A stretch of 64,000 nt of DNA, from positions 2,720,001 to 2,784,000 of the forward strand of contig OZ241326.1 of NCBI GenBank assembly GCA_965199855.1, written 5' to 3'. Numbering within the stretch: position 1 is the first letter of the stretch; every line of letters begins with the position of its first letter. A program made the translations under genes and the position numbers. Positions 17,990 through 27,748 of the stretch are shown in pieces. The notes under the pieces are model-generated. The model did no database searches, was not told where the DNA came from, and saw only the letters and a program-made list of their open reading frames with translations. The stretch is from a bacterium (GTDB lineage Bacteria; UBA8248).

Positions 17990-19992
17990 TTCGCAGGGGC
18001 GGCTCGCGAACCGCCCGTTTTCAGGAAGGGTTCGTATCGGAGGCGGCGGGGCGTTCCCGAACGACTCCTGCGGGATTTTTGGGCCTCGGCGGGATGAGGA
18101 GGCGGCGAAGGGCAACCACAGGGGGTTGTCCCTACGCTCCCGCCGGGGCGGCGCAAGTGCGCGCAGATGCGGGCAAACGCCGCGGCCTTGCGAAATGACC
18201 CCTCCCGGCGCCGTTTTTTCTCACAATCCGTTTATTTTCAATGACTTGATATTTTTTCCGCGCTCTGGAGGGTCTTTAATTTGTCGAAAAAAGGCGCGAA
18301 TTTGCGGGATAAGGCCGTGAATTTGTCGGATTTTGTCGAAAACGGGATCGTTTTCATTATGGCGCGGACGGAGCGCGCGCGTCACTCCTGAAACGCGCGG
18401 GGGCGCCCCCTCCTCGCCGCCGCCCCACAACTCCCGAGCCGCCCCTCGCCGGACGACAACCCCCGGATTCCGCAATCTTGCCTCCTCATTGGAATTGACG
18501 ACGCGGGAACGGCGCGGGGCGAAAAACGCCCTGACCCACGCCCTCGCCTTCGTCGTCATCCGCTTCCCGAAGTCCATGCCCGCCTCCTCCCTCTCGCGGC
18601 GGATTCTCGCGCGTTCACGGGAAGACCCGATAACCGCAAATGCGGGCAAATGCGCGATCGATTCCGAATGGGGAGGAAGGATTGTTCTGATGCGGGGAAT
18701 AGATTGGGCGTGCCGCGGCGAAACGCGCTCTCTGGATTCCGGCCTTCGCCGGAATGACGGCGGAAGGGACGCGGGGTTTATAGTTCCGTAGGGGCGGTTC
18801 GGGAACCGCCCGTTTGGGGATGGTTGCTTATGGGTGATGATGGGGCGCAGGGGCGCCCCCTGTGGCCGCCCTTGGCGATGATCGCCCTCTGCGCGGGTTT
18901 CTCTACCGCCGCGCGACCCGGAACGGCGCCCCGCGAACGGGGCGCATGAATGCGCCCCCTACGGCGAGGGTGTGACCGGTTTCGCAGGGGCGGCCCCTCC
19001 CCGGGGCCGCCCCACAATTCGTGAACCGCCCGTTTTGAAGGGAAGGGAATCAAAACCCTGGATTCCGGCCTTCGCCGGAATGACGGGCGCAGGGGCGGCG
19101 TTCGCCGGCGGGGAAATCTTCGCCGCCGTCTCGATGCTATTCCCGATCAGAGCGAAGGGACGCTAGGGTTGGTCTTTTGCCGTCATTCCGGCGAAGGCCG
19201 GAATCCAGAATAGAGGGGCCGCTTCATCCATCGGCTTTTCAAGAGGAACAATCATGGGGGTTGTCCCTACGGGCCGCGGCATCGCCGACCCGCAACGGGG
19301 CGCAAGAATGGAAACGCTCTCGCGCTTCACCTACGAAACCGTCGCCACCCTCGCCGTAGGGGACGCATATATGCGTCCCGCCCGGCGTTTCTCACGGGGA
19401 TGCGGGTTTTGCGCCTTCGTAGGGGCGGCCCCTCCCCGTGGCCGCCCCACAATTCGTGAACAGCCCGCATTCAAGAGGCATTCGCCATCGGAGGAGGCGG
19501 GGCGTTCCCGAACGCCCCCTACGGAGTGGTTGCACAATCGGTGGGATGGAAATGCGGCAAAGGACAACCACGGGGGCGTCCCTACGGGGCCGGACGGCGT
19601 GATCCGATTGTAGCCCCGGCGTTCGGAGGGGACGCGGGGTTTATGGTTCCGTAGGGCCGGCCCCTCCCCGGGGCCGCCCCACAATTCGGGAACCGCCCGT
19701 TTTGAAGGGAAGGGAATCAAAACCCTGGATTCCGGCCTTCGCCGGAATGACGGGCGCAGGGGCGGCGTTCGCCGGCGGGGAAATCTTCGCCGCCGTCTCG
19801 ATGCTATTCCCGATCAGAGCGAAGGGACGCCAGGGTTGGCCTTTCGCCGTCATTCCGGCGAAGGCCGGAATCCAGAATAGAGGGGCCGCTTCATCCATCG
19901 GCTTTTCAAGAGGAACAATCATGGGGGTTGTCCCTACGGGCCGCGGCCTCTCTCCGCGAAACCCCGGCGGCGCCGGGAAGGGCCGCCCCTAC
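17990..19992. repeat. Mosaic cluster of REP-like palindromes (GTAG/GCAG-type and GTCATTCC-type)
   Basis: Over 15 short palindromes, e.g. GTAGGGGCGGTTCGGGAACCGCCC (18788), GTAGGGGACGCATATATGCGTCCC (19356), GTCATTCCGGCGAAGGCCGGAATCCA (19182, 19849). Confidence 0.8.
18991..19947. repeat. ~290-bp near-identical direct repeat (18991-19280 and 19658-19947)
   Basis: Base-by-base comparison shows only a few substitutions; offset 667 bp. Confidence 0.88.
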
Positions 19993-20903
19993 GAAGCGGA
20001 TCGTTCGGCCGCCGCGTCGACGAAGCGCATGTCCACCGCCTGCTCGAAGGAGACGCCCGCTTCGATCAGTCCGCCGTCCAGGCACGCGGCGCGCAGCCAC
20101 TCGAAGCTCTCGCGCGCGAGGCGCGGCTCCTCGTTCCAGAGGCCGAGGCTTTGGTATCGCGCGATGGAGCGCGTCAGAAGCCCGAAGGGAGCCTCCTCGA
20201 ACCAGGGCCGCGCGCGCCGGGCGACCTCCTCCGCGCCGCGTCCGGCGAGCCACGCCTGCGTCTCGCGCATGGCGCGCGTCATGCCGAGGGCGGCTTCGGG
20301 CGCGTCCCGCAAAAACGATTCCCGCGCGTAGAACCCCGTATAGGTCGTCAGGCCCCGCTCCGCCGCCGCGCGCCAGACGTGGCCCGCCCCCTCCTCGACC
20401 AGCTCCTCCGCCAGGGGCTGCAGCGTCTGGATGACGTCCGCCCCGCGCGCGCGCAGGGCCGCCGCGTTCTCGGCCATCGTCCGATCCGGGATTGCGTCCA
20501 GGGCCTCGGGGTCAAGGCCGGCCAGGCGCAAATCGCGCTGAAGACACAGCCAGGGGGTGGGCACCTCGCTGACGACGGCGATTCTCGCGTCGAGCAGATC
20601 GCGCATCCGAAACGCGGGGTTCGGCTCCGCGCCGATGAGGAAGAAAGGATCGCGGCGGACGGCCTCGCAGAAGATTTTCAGATCGCAGCCGGGCGCGCGA
20701 TCATACGCCGCCAGGACGCGCATGGGGCCGCCCCAGCCGACCTGCGCCCCGCCGGAGGCGATCAGATCCGCGGTTCGATCCGGGGCGGGCGAGGCTTCCA
20801 GACGAACGTCCAGGCCCTCCCTCTCATACGCCCCCAGCGCGAAGGCCAGGTAGAACGGCGCGTAGAAAAGGGCGCGGAAGTTCTCGAGCAGCGTGATTCT
20901 CAA
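19989..20903 (-). CDS. ABC transporter substrate-binding protein (NMT1/TauA-like)
   Basis: TTG start after GGGAGG; LENFRALFYAPFY..EGLDV..WGGPMR. Confidence 0.8.
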   Translation of the reverse strand: MRITLLENFRALFYAPFYLAFALGAYEREGLDVRLEASPAPDRTADLIASGGAQVGWGGPMRVLAAYDRAPGCDLKIFCEAVRRDPFFLIGAEPNPAFRMRDLLDARIAVVSEVPTPWLCLQRDLRLAGLDPEALDAIPDRTMAENAAALRARGADVIQTLQPLAEELVEEGAGHVWRAAAERGLTTYTGFYARESFLRDAPEAALGMTRAMRETQAWLAGRGAEEVARRARPWFEEAPFGLLTRSIARYQSLGLWNEEPRLARESFEWLRAACLDGGLIEAGVSFEQAVDMRFVDAAAERSAS

Positions 20904-20995
20904 GCGAGCCTCCCGACGCGCCCCGGGCCGGATTCGCCGCGCCCCGCGGAAAAGGAGCGTTGACGGGGAGCGGCGAGCGCCACGCTTCGCCCGCC

Positions 20996-22968
20996 TCAGG
21001 CCGAGGCGGCCTCTCCCGCCGCGGCGGGGGGCGCGGGCTCCCCCTCCCGCGCGAGGCGCTTTCTCTGCGCGAGGAAGATCGCGCCCAGGATGAGCGCGCC
21101 CGCCGCGTGGCACCAATACGCCGGCCAGAACAGAAGCCCCGCCGAGAGGAACAGGAGCGCGCGGGCGGGCCCGGCGAAGGAGAAATACATGAACCCGACC
21201 ATCGCGGCGGCCAGCGCCTGGAAGCCGAGCAGGGCGGCGGCGAAGGTCTCCAGGGAAAGCCAGGGCTGGCGAATCAGCAGAATCGGGGTGAAGGCGAACA
21301 TGAGGGGGACGATGTACATGCCCTTGGCGGCGCGGAAGGAGGCCCAGGCCGCCTTCGCCGGATTGGCGTCGGCGATGCCCGCCGCCGTGTAGGCGGGCAC
21401 GCACACGGGCGGCGTGAAGCAGCTGTCCAGGCTGTACCAGAAGACGACGAGGTGGGCGGCGAGGAGGGTGAGGCCATACGGCTCGCCGAGCTCCAGCAGC
21501 GCGGGCACCGCCATGACCGACAGGACGATGTAGGCGGCGCTCGTCGGCAGGCCCATGCCGAGTACGAAGGAGGCCGCGCCCACCAGGAGAATCCCCAGAA
21601 ACAGGCTGTCGTTCGCCAGGTTCGTGACCAGGGAGGAGAACTTGAGGCCCAGGCCGGTCTGAAAGAGCGCCCCCATGATGAGGCCCACCGCGCCCACGGC
21701 GGCGCATATCGGGAGCGACTGCACCGCGCCCTTCTCCAGCGCCAGAACGACGTTCCACAGCCCCCGGAGAGCCTCGCTCCCGACCTCGCCCGCGCTCGTT
21801 CCCTCCCGCCTCGCCTTGCGCCACAGGGCGACGCCGCCCTTGAGCCCCGCCAGAAGCACGACGGACGCGATGCCGGCGAGGCCCGCGTAGGGAACGCTTC
21901 GCCCCGTCATCAGAACGAGCAGAATCACGACGGGGGGAAGAAGGTAGAACCACCCGTCTCTCAGGATGGGCCCCAGGGGGGGGATCATCTCCCGGGGCAT
22001 TCCCACCAGCCCCCCCTTTCTCGCCTCCAGGTGAACCATCGCATAGACGGAGAAGAAATACAGGGCGGCGGGCAGGATGGATACCTTGACGATCTCCCAA
22101 TACGAGATGCCGGTGAACTCCACGATCAGGAACGCGGACGCGCCCATGACGGGCGGCATGATCTGCCCCCCCGTGGAGGCGGCCGTCTCGATGGCCGCCG
22201 CCGTCTCGGGCCGGAACCCCGTGCGCTTCATCATCGGAATGGTGAACGAGCCGGTGGTGACCACGTTCGCGTTGGCGCTGCCCATGATGGTTCCCGTCAT
22301 GGCGCTGGCGAACACCGCCGCCTTGGCGGGTCCCCCCCGCAGCTTGCCCGCCGCCGACATGGAGAGCCTGACGTAGAAGTCGGCGGCGCCCATGCGGTCC
22401 AGAAACGCGCCGAACAGGATGAACAGGAAGATATAGACCGAGAAGACGCTCAGGGGCGCCGTCCAGAGGCCGTCGTAGGTCATGTATTGATGATCCACGA
22501 TGTGCATGTAGGACGCGCCCTTGTGCGCCAGATGCCAGGGAAATAAGGGCCGAAGTAGGAATAGACGATGAAGAAGAGCGATATCATCGGCAGCGCCAGA
22601 TTGATGGTTCTTCGCGCCGCCTCGAAGGTGAGCGCCAGAACCGCCGTGCCCAGAATCAGGTCGAGGGGCGTCAGCGGATCGACGTAGTAGAGGCGATCCA
22701 GAAAATAGTCGATGTTCAGGATCGGGTAGGCGACCGAGGCGACCGCCAGGAGGAAGACGGCCGCCGCCGCTGCGGCGCGCCATCCTCCTCCCGCCGGCCT
22801 TCGATAGACGATGAAGATCAGCGCCATCCCGAACAGATAGGAGAGCGCCCGCTGGTAGAGCGGCTCGTAGCCTCCCGTATAGGCGACCTGTATGTGGAAG
22901 ACGGACATGCCGACCGCGATGGCCAGCACGAGCCAGTCCAGGGGCGTTCTTTCCCTGTCGTCGATCAC
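20996..22968 (-). pseudogene. TRAP transporter 4TM/12TM fused permease, frameshifted near 22531
   Basis: N-part (MIDDRE..YFGPYFPGI) and C-part (LAHKG..GGPAKAAV, ASTGGQIMPPVMG, LGMGLPT, TPPVC) are in different frames; one base missing. Confidence 0.8.
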
Positions 22969-22995
22969 GCCTGCGCCTCTTCTTCGCCGAAGGGG

Positions 22996-23979
22996 CTAGT
23001 TCAGCGCCCCGATCTCCCTGTAGAAGCGCGCGGCGCCCTCGTGCAGGGGCGCGCCGATGTTCATGCCCGCCTTCTTCGGGTCCCACCTCTTGTAGATCTT
23101 GTGGACGCCCGAGAGGAACTTCTTCTCGCTCTGCGCCGTCTTGAGAATCGAATACACCACGTCGCCGCTCATCTTGGTCGTGGTGAGCAGCACGCCGGAC
23201 AGCCCCATCGAATCCTTCGGCTTGTCATTGCCCTTGTAGATGCCGCCCGGAATCCGGCAGGGCGTGAACCCGTGGCTCGCCAGCATCTTCCTCACGTCGT
23301 CGGCCATGTCCAGGAACACGAGGTTGCGGCCCAGCGCCGCCTGGATGCCCGCGCCGTTGGGGTCGCCCGAGTTGTGGAAGTAGAAGTCGATCTGGCGCGC
23401 CCGAATCGCGCGCGACATGCCGCCCGCGCCCGGGAAGGTGAGCTTGTAGCCCCGCCCGGTGAGCTCCTTGTAGCTCGTGCCGTAGTGCCTGACGATGAGG
23501 CTCGCCACGTACTCCGAGCTGGTTCCCTTCTTGGCGGGCGCCAGCTTCAGGGGCTTTTTCGACCTGATGATGTCGCCCCAGGTCTTCACGCCCGCGTCGT
23601 AGAGCTCCTTCGCCGCGTACTGGTGGTAGCAGGAGGCCCAGAACGTGGCGACGCCCCGGATGTTCTTGTACGCCTTCTTGTAGGGGGTCTTGCCGGCGAT
23701 GGCCGCGCTGGCGAAATTCGAGAACGAATAGGCGAAGTCGGCCCCGCCCGTTCCCAGGCGCGCCGGGTTCGCCCGTCCGCCGCCGGGCACCACGCTGATG
23801 ATGGTCTTGTCCTGCTTCTTGTTGAAAATCTCGGTGAGGCCCGCCCCCAGCCGGCCCATCGTCCCGCGCAGGCTACCGACCGCCAGGTCGTATTTCGCGG
23901 GCGCGCCCCAGGCGCCGCTCGCCGCCAGAAGCGGCGAAGCCAAGGCCAGGACGCCCAGCATCATGGTGATTTTCTTCAT
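22996..23979 (-). CDS. TAXI family TRAP solute-binding protein
   Basis: Signal peptide; VVPGGGRAN; PLHEGAARFYRE C-terminus; adjacent to TRAP fused permease. Confidence 0.85.
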   Translation of the reverse strand: MKKITMMLGVLALASPLLAASGAWGAPAKYDLAVGSLRGTMGRLGAGLTEIFNKKQDKTIISVVPGGGRANPARLGTGGADFAYSFSNFASAAIAGKTPYKKAYKNIRGVATFWASCYHQYAAKELYDAGVKTWGDIIRSKKPLKLAPAKKGTSSEYVASLIVRHYGTSYKELTGRGYKLTFPGAGGMSRAIRARQIDFYFHNSGDPNGAGIQAALGRNLVFLDMADDVRKMLASHGFTPCRIPGGIYKGNDKPKDSMGLSGVLLTTTKMSGDVVYSILKTAQSEKKFLSGVHKIYKRWDPKKAGMNIGAPLHEGAARFYREIGALN

Positions 23980-24139
23980 TTTTCCTCTCCCTTGATGAAG
24001 TGTGCTGCGTTTTGACGGCATCCGCCGCTCGCCGGGGTTCATCGCGCCGCTTTCTCCTTCGGGAGCGAGACGCGCCACCGGCCCTGAATGCGCGCCGGCC
24101 TCATTCCCAGCGAACGGGCTTTCATGTATGCTTTCGGAC

Positions 24140-24169
24140 ATCTTACAGACGGGAGCGCTTCGCTGTCAA
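24140..24169 (-). promoter_or_regulatory. Putative sigma70 promoter of TAXI-TRAP operon
   Basis: Minus strand TTGACA-N18-TAAGAT. Confidence 0.5.
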
Positions 24170-24255
24170 CAAATCACGCGAGGGGCGCGCGCGTTCGCGC
24201 TCCGGCACGAGGAACGGCCCGAAAGGCGCCGCTTCCCGGGAAAGGAGCCTGAAAA

Positions 24256-24606
24256 ATGCCGTTTTACCGCTGGGAGGAGATGAAGCGCAAAAACCTGGCC
24301 AAGCCCTCGGATTCGGAGGGCAGCATCATCATCGGCGAGCATGTGACCCTGAACCGCTCGGTGAGCCGGCCGGGCAAGCTGGCGCGCCCGCACACGCACG
24401 GCTGCGAGCAAATCATCAACGTCGTGGAGGGAACGGCGTGGTTCCGGGTGGGCGATGAGGAGAAAACGGTCACATCGGGCGACGTCGTGCACATCCCCGA
24501 AGGGACGGAGCACGAGTTCAGGAACGAGGGCGCCGGCGAGTTCATCTACCTCTCGTTCAAGAACAAGTCCGGGGACTGGCCGCCGCCGACCGCCACGATG
24601 GACTAG
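24256..24606 (+). CDS. Cupin domain protein
   Basis: PHTHGCEQ..G....GD...IPEGTEH. Confidence 0.88.
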   Translation: MPFYRWEEMKRKNLAKPSDSEGSIIIGEHVTLNRSVSRPGKLARPHTHGCEQIINVVEGTAWFRVGDEEKTVTSGDVVHIPEGTEHEFRNEGAGEFIYLSFKNKSGDWPPPTATMD

Positions 24607-24639
24607 CGCCTCTCCCGCCCGAACGGAGGAGACAGACCC

Positions 24640-25284
24640 GTGTCCCGCGTCCCCATGCTCGAATCCGGCGCCGACGACCCCGCCGTGAGGAGGCTGTTCG
24701 ACCACGCCGGCGTTCTCCTGAACCGCGTCCCCAACGCCTGGCGGGTGATGGCGAACCAGCCCTTCGTCGCGAAGTTCATGCTGCCGCTCACCTCGGCGCT
24801 CCTGCGCCAGGGGCTGGGCTCGGCGCTGGACACGAGGACGAAGGAGCTCGCCATCATCCGGACCAGCCAGCTCAACGGGTGCGCCTACTGACTGGCGCAC
24901 AACGCGCCGGTTGGTCAGTCGGCGGGCATCACGGAGGAGCAGATCGAGGCCATCGGGGCGGGCGACTACGCCTCCTTCTCGGAGAAGGAGCGCGCCGTCC
25001 TCCTCTGGGCGGAGCACGTGACGCTGGGCACGGCGCGGGCGCGCGACGACGTGTTCGCCGAAGTGAAAAAGCGCTTCAGCGACGCGGAGATCGTGGAGCT
25101 CACCATGGTCATCACCTACTTCAGCATGAGAAACAAGTTCAACGACGCGCTGGCGATTCCCCTCGAGGCGCAGGAGGAAATCGACCGCAACAGGATTCGC
25201 CGGAAAAGGCCGGAAGACCTCCGGGCGTATCTGGAGGCGCTGCTCGCCGACTGGCCGGAGGAGTTCCCCGAGGCGGGGGAGTGA
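24640..25284 (+). CDS. Carboxymuconolactone decarboxylase/AhpD-like protein, probable selenoprotein (Sec at TGA 24889-24891)
   Basis: ELAIIRTSQLNGCAY*LAHN: TGA sits at the second Cys of CxxC; frame stays open to 25284 with CMD-like FSDAEIVELT. Confidence 0.8.
24906..24923 (+). promoter_or_regulatory. Putative bacterial SECIS hairpin
   Basis: GCCGGTT-GGTC-AGTCGGC stem-loop with G-containing loop about 21 nt 3' of the TGA. Confidence 0.55.
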
Positions 25285-25304
25285 GGGGGGACTGACAAGG
25301 GCGT

Positions 25305-26429
25305 CTATTCAAGGCGGGTCCATGCCGCATCGATGTTTCGGCGCCTGTTTCCAGGCATCAAAAAATCGACTTCTCCCGGTGAGGTTGATACATCGTTAAA
25401 ATGTGCAGTCTGCGTCCTCTCTCTCGGGCGATCATATCGCATAAACCGTTTTCTGTTCGGCCAAAGTTCGCGCACTAGGTGTAGCGTCGTATGTTTCGTA
25501 AATGTTCTCGCGTCCGTCCGTAGCCAAATAACGCCGTTAGGCTTGAGGCGTTTCTTCGCTTTAGAAAGCACCTCACACAACATACGGCGGTAGGAGGCTT
25601 GCCGGCTGTCTCGCGGATCTTTCTTCCAATCAGGTAAAGGTGGCCCCTCTCCAAGCATCCATAATCGTATCCAGCTGTCTTGACGGTAGTTGGTGATGCC
25701 AAAATACGGTGGAGACGTGAACAAGAGATCGAAATCCTTGCCTTTGTAACCGGAAAGAACTTTCGCCGCATCTCCTTGCAAAATCTTTGAGGCACCCCGG
25801 TCCTTGATAACACCGTGTGCATATCGCCACTGGATTCTCTTGCGGAAGTAGGTATATGGGTCGACTTCCGGTGGGCGCATTCGCCTCTTTTTCCACCATC
25901 TAACGGCGTAATCAGGGCCCATTGCCCGTGACTTCTGCATCTGATTGCTAATGCCATCGTTCAACCTGCCGTGAAGGTTGACAAGAATAAATCCCATGAG
26001 AGTCCGATCCGTTATATTTTTACGCCAGTCAAGATCGCGTCTCGCGGTATTGAGGAAGCCGAGAACACCAGGAGACCAAGCCCAATGTTGAAACTCGTTT
26101 TCTGGTTGTGTGTCACGCGGCCGTCCTTTGCCGCGCAGATCTTCTAAACGTTGCAATAGCTTCACAACATTTGATTCAGGCAGGGTCTTCACTTCGGCAA
26201 AGAGCCAAGCCACTGGATTGATATCGATCCCAAGAGCAGAACGCCCGGACGTTTGAGCGACGAAAGGTGCCGTTCCACGTCCGCAAAATGGATCCAGGAT
26301 GTGGCCGCCTTTCGGAGTCATCGTGTCTATAACTTGCTGGGCAAATTGAACCGGGAACATAGCATAGTATGGGCCAAAGCCAGACCAGCGACCGGATGCA
26401 CTACCATATTTTCCTATTGGCAGGCTCAT
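25305..26429 (-). CDS. Amino-DNA methyltransferase (motif I before motif IV; probably N4-cytosine)
   Basis: YYAMFP, ILDPFCGRGT, GIDINP, DLLFTSPPYF. Confidence 0.85.
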   Translation of the reverse strand: MSLPIGKYGSASGRWSGFGPYYAMFPVQFAQQVIDTMTPKGGHILDPFCGRGTAPFVAQTSGRSALGIDINPVAWLFAEVKTLPESNVVKLLQRLEDLRGKGRPRDTQPENEFQHWAWSPGVLGFLNTARRDLDWRKNITDRTLMGFILVNLHGRLNDGISNQMQKSRAMGPDYAVRWWKKRRMRPPEVDPYTYFRKRIQWRYAHGVIKDRGASKILQGDAAKVLSGYKGKDFDLLFTSPPYFGITNYRQDSWIRLWMLGEGPPLPDWKKDPRDSRQASYRRMLCEVLSKAKKRLKPNGVIWLRTDARTFTKHTTLHLVRELWPNRKRFMRYDRPRERTQTAHFNDVSTSPGEVDFLMPGNRRRNIDAAWTRLE

Positions 26430-27748
26430 GGATCCTCCAGCAAACTCCGAATAATGTCTGTCCCCCGCTTTAGTGGAATTGCGGCATGCGCATGAGCGCG
26501 TATCAGAGGCAAGAATCCGCCATCATAGATGTAAGTTGCCAAGTGGTCCATGACATCTAGAATATCTCCTAGTCTAGGAAAGCATCCAGGAGAATTATTC
26601 CTGAAATTTTCCGCGAGTTGGTCCAGCATAGCAGTATGAATGACTACATGCTGTCCTTTGTTGGTTTTGTAAAGAATGATACGGCCAAAGTGAGTGTCTT
26701 CGCCAAAGCATTTTCCCTTTTTATCAGAGGGGACAACGTTGCTACTGATATATTCAGCATCCAGTGGGATTGTAGTCTGTTCTGGAAAACGCGAGCCCGG
26801 CCCCATTTGATCCTGCCAATCGATCTCCTCCCAATGCTCCTTAAAACGGCCCGTTTTTTCTATTCCGAATACGACTATGTCGGTTCCATTGGCTTGGCGT
26901 GCTTTATGGTTTAATCGTCTCAGCTCTTCACGGATTGGGCGCAATATGGAAGCTGGAGTTCCAAAAACAGCTAGAGGACCATCTAGCACAAAAGCACACG
27001 TATCAAGGTAAGCCGGATGTTTTTCGACAAAGAAACGCAGGATATTTAATAGTATCAAGATTTCAAGCACGGAGCGTAGTCGGCCCAACGCCTCGCCCCC
27101 CGTGCGAATCCCATCGAAGTATTCATGCAGACGCAACAGGTCAGTTTCAAACATCTTTTCGCGTCTCTCGCAATGACACAGATATTCTCCGGTGTTGCGC
27201 TCATATTTTTCTTCGCAATCTACCGCGGGGCAAGGAATCCGGGATTCGAGATCGACACAAATTGTCCGCATGGTTTCCAGCAATGTCTCATGGTCGTCCG
27301 CGATGACGTTTGACAAGGTGTCATAAGTTTTTTGCCGGAAGAAATTTATCGGCGCATCATGGTCAACATCCTTGCGAACAACTCCTATGCCCGGCATTGC
27401 GGCTTCCAGAGTATGAGCTTTTTCGATCTCACGAAAAAATGATGGGCGAGGAATAACATTCGTACTTAAGCTATTTAGTTGATCCAGTTTGATAGCTACC
27501 ACCGATATCATCAACAAACCTGCTTCCGCACCCGGGAATCCACCGTTGACGCGGTGCATAAGATGGGAACCATCAATGGCAATGACTCGTCTTGGACACC
27601 AGCCGCGCCGCCGCGTTTGAAAAATCGGTGGTTTTACAGGCTTATCTCTGTCCCTCGCAAGGATGGTTCCTTCAAATTCTTTCAGTGCTTGGCTGTTTTC
27701 CAGCCATATCAAGCTGTCCCCGCTAGCTTTTTCGTTCTTATGGGGCAT
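26426..27748 (-). CDS. nurA: NurA-family nuclease
   Basis: VIAIDGS, FVLDGPL, GIEKTG, C-terminal PLIRAHAHAAI; directly downstream of HerA. Confidence 0.78.
   Translation of the reverse strand: MPHKNEKASGDSLIWLENSQALKEFEGTILARDRDKPVKPPIFQTRRRGWCPRRVIAIDGSHLMHRVNGGFPGAEAGLLMISVVAIKLDQLNSLSTNVIPRPSFFREIEKAHTLEAAMPGIGVVRKDVDHDAPINFFRQKTYDTLSNVIADDHETLLETMRTICVDLESRIPCPAVDCEEKYERNTGEYLCHCERREKMFETDLLRLHEYFDGIRTGGEALGRLRSVLEILILLNILRFFVEKHPAYLDTCAFVLDGPLAVFGTPASILRPIREELRRLNHKARQANGTDIVVFGIEKTGRFKEHWEEIDWQDQMGPGSRFPEQTTIPLDAEYISSNVVPSDKKGKCFGEDTHFGRIILYKTNKGQHVVIHTAMLDQLAENFRNNSPGCFPRLGDILDVMDHLATYIYDGGFLPLIRAHAHAAIPLKRGTDIIRSLLEDP

Noticed and set aside
18221-19922. Small ORFs containing WIPAFAGMT or LDSGLRRND
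   Set aside because: These are translations of the REP palindromes, not credible proteins
17990-19992. CRISPR array
   Set aside because: Repeats vary in sequence, orientation and spacing; no constant repeat-spacer period and no cas genes
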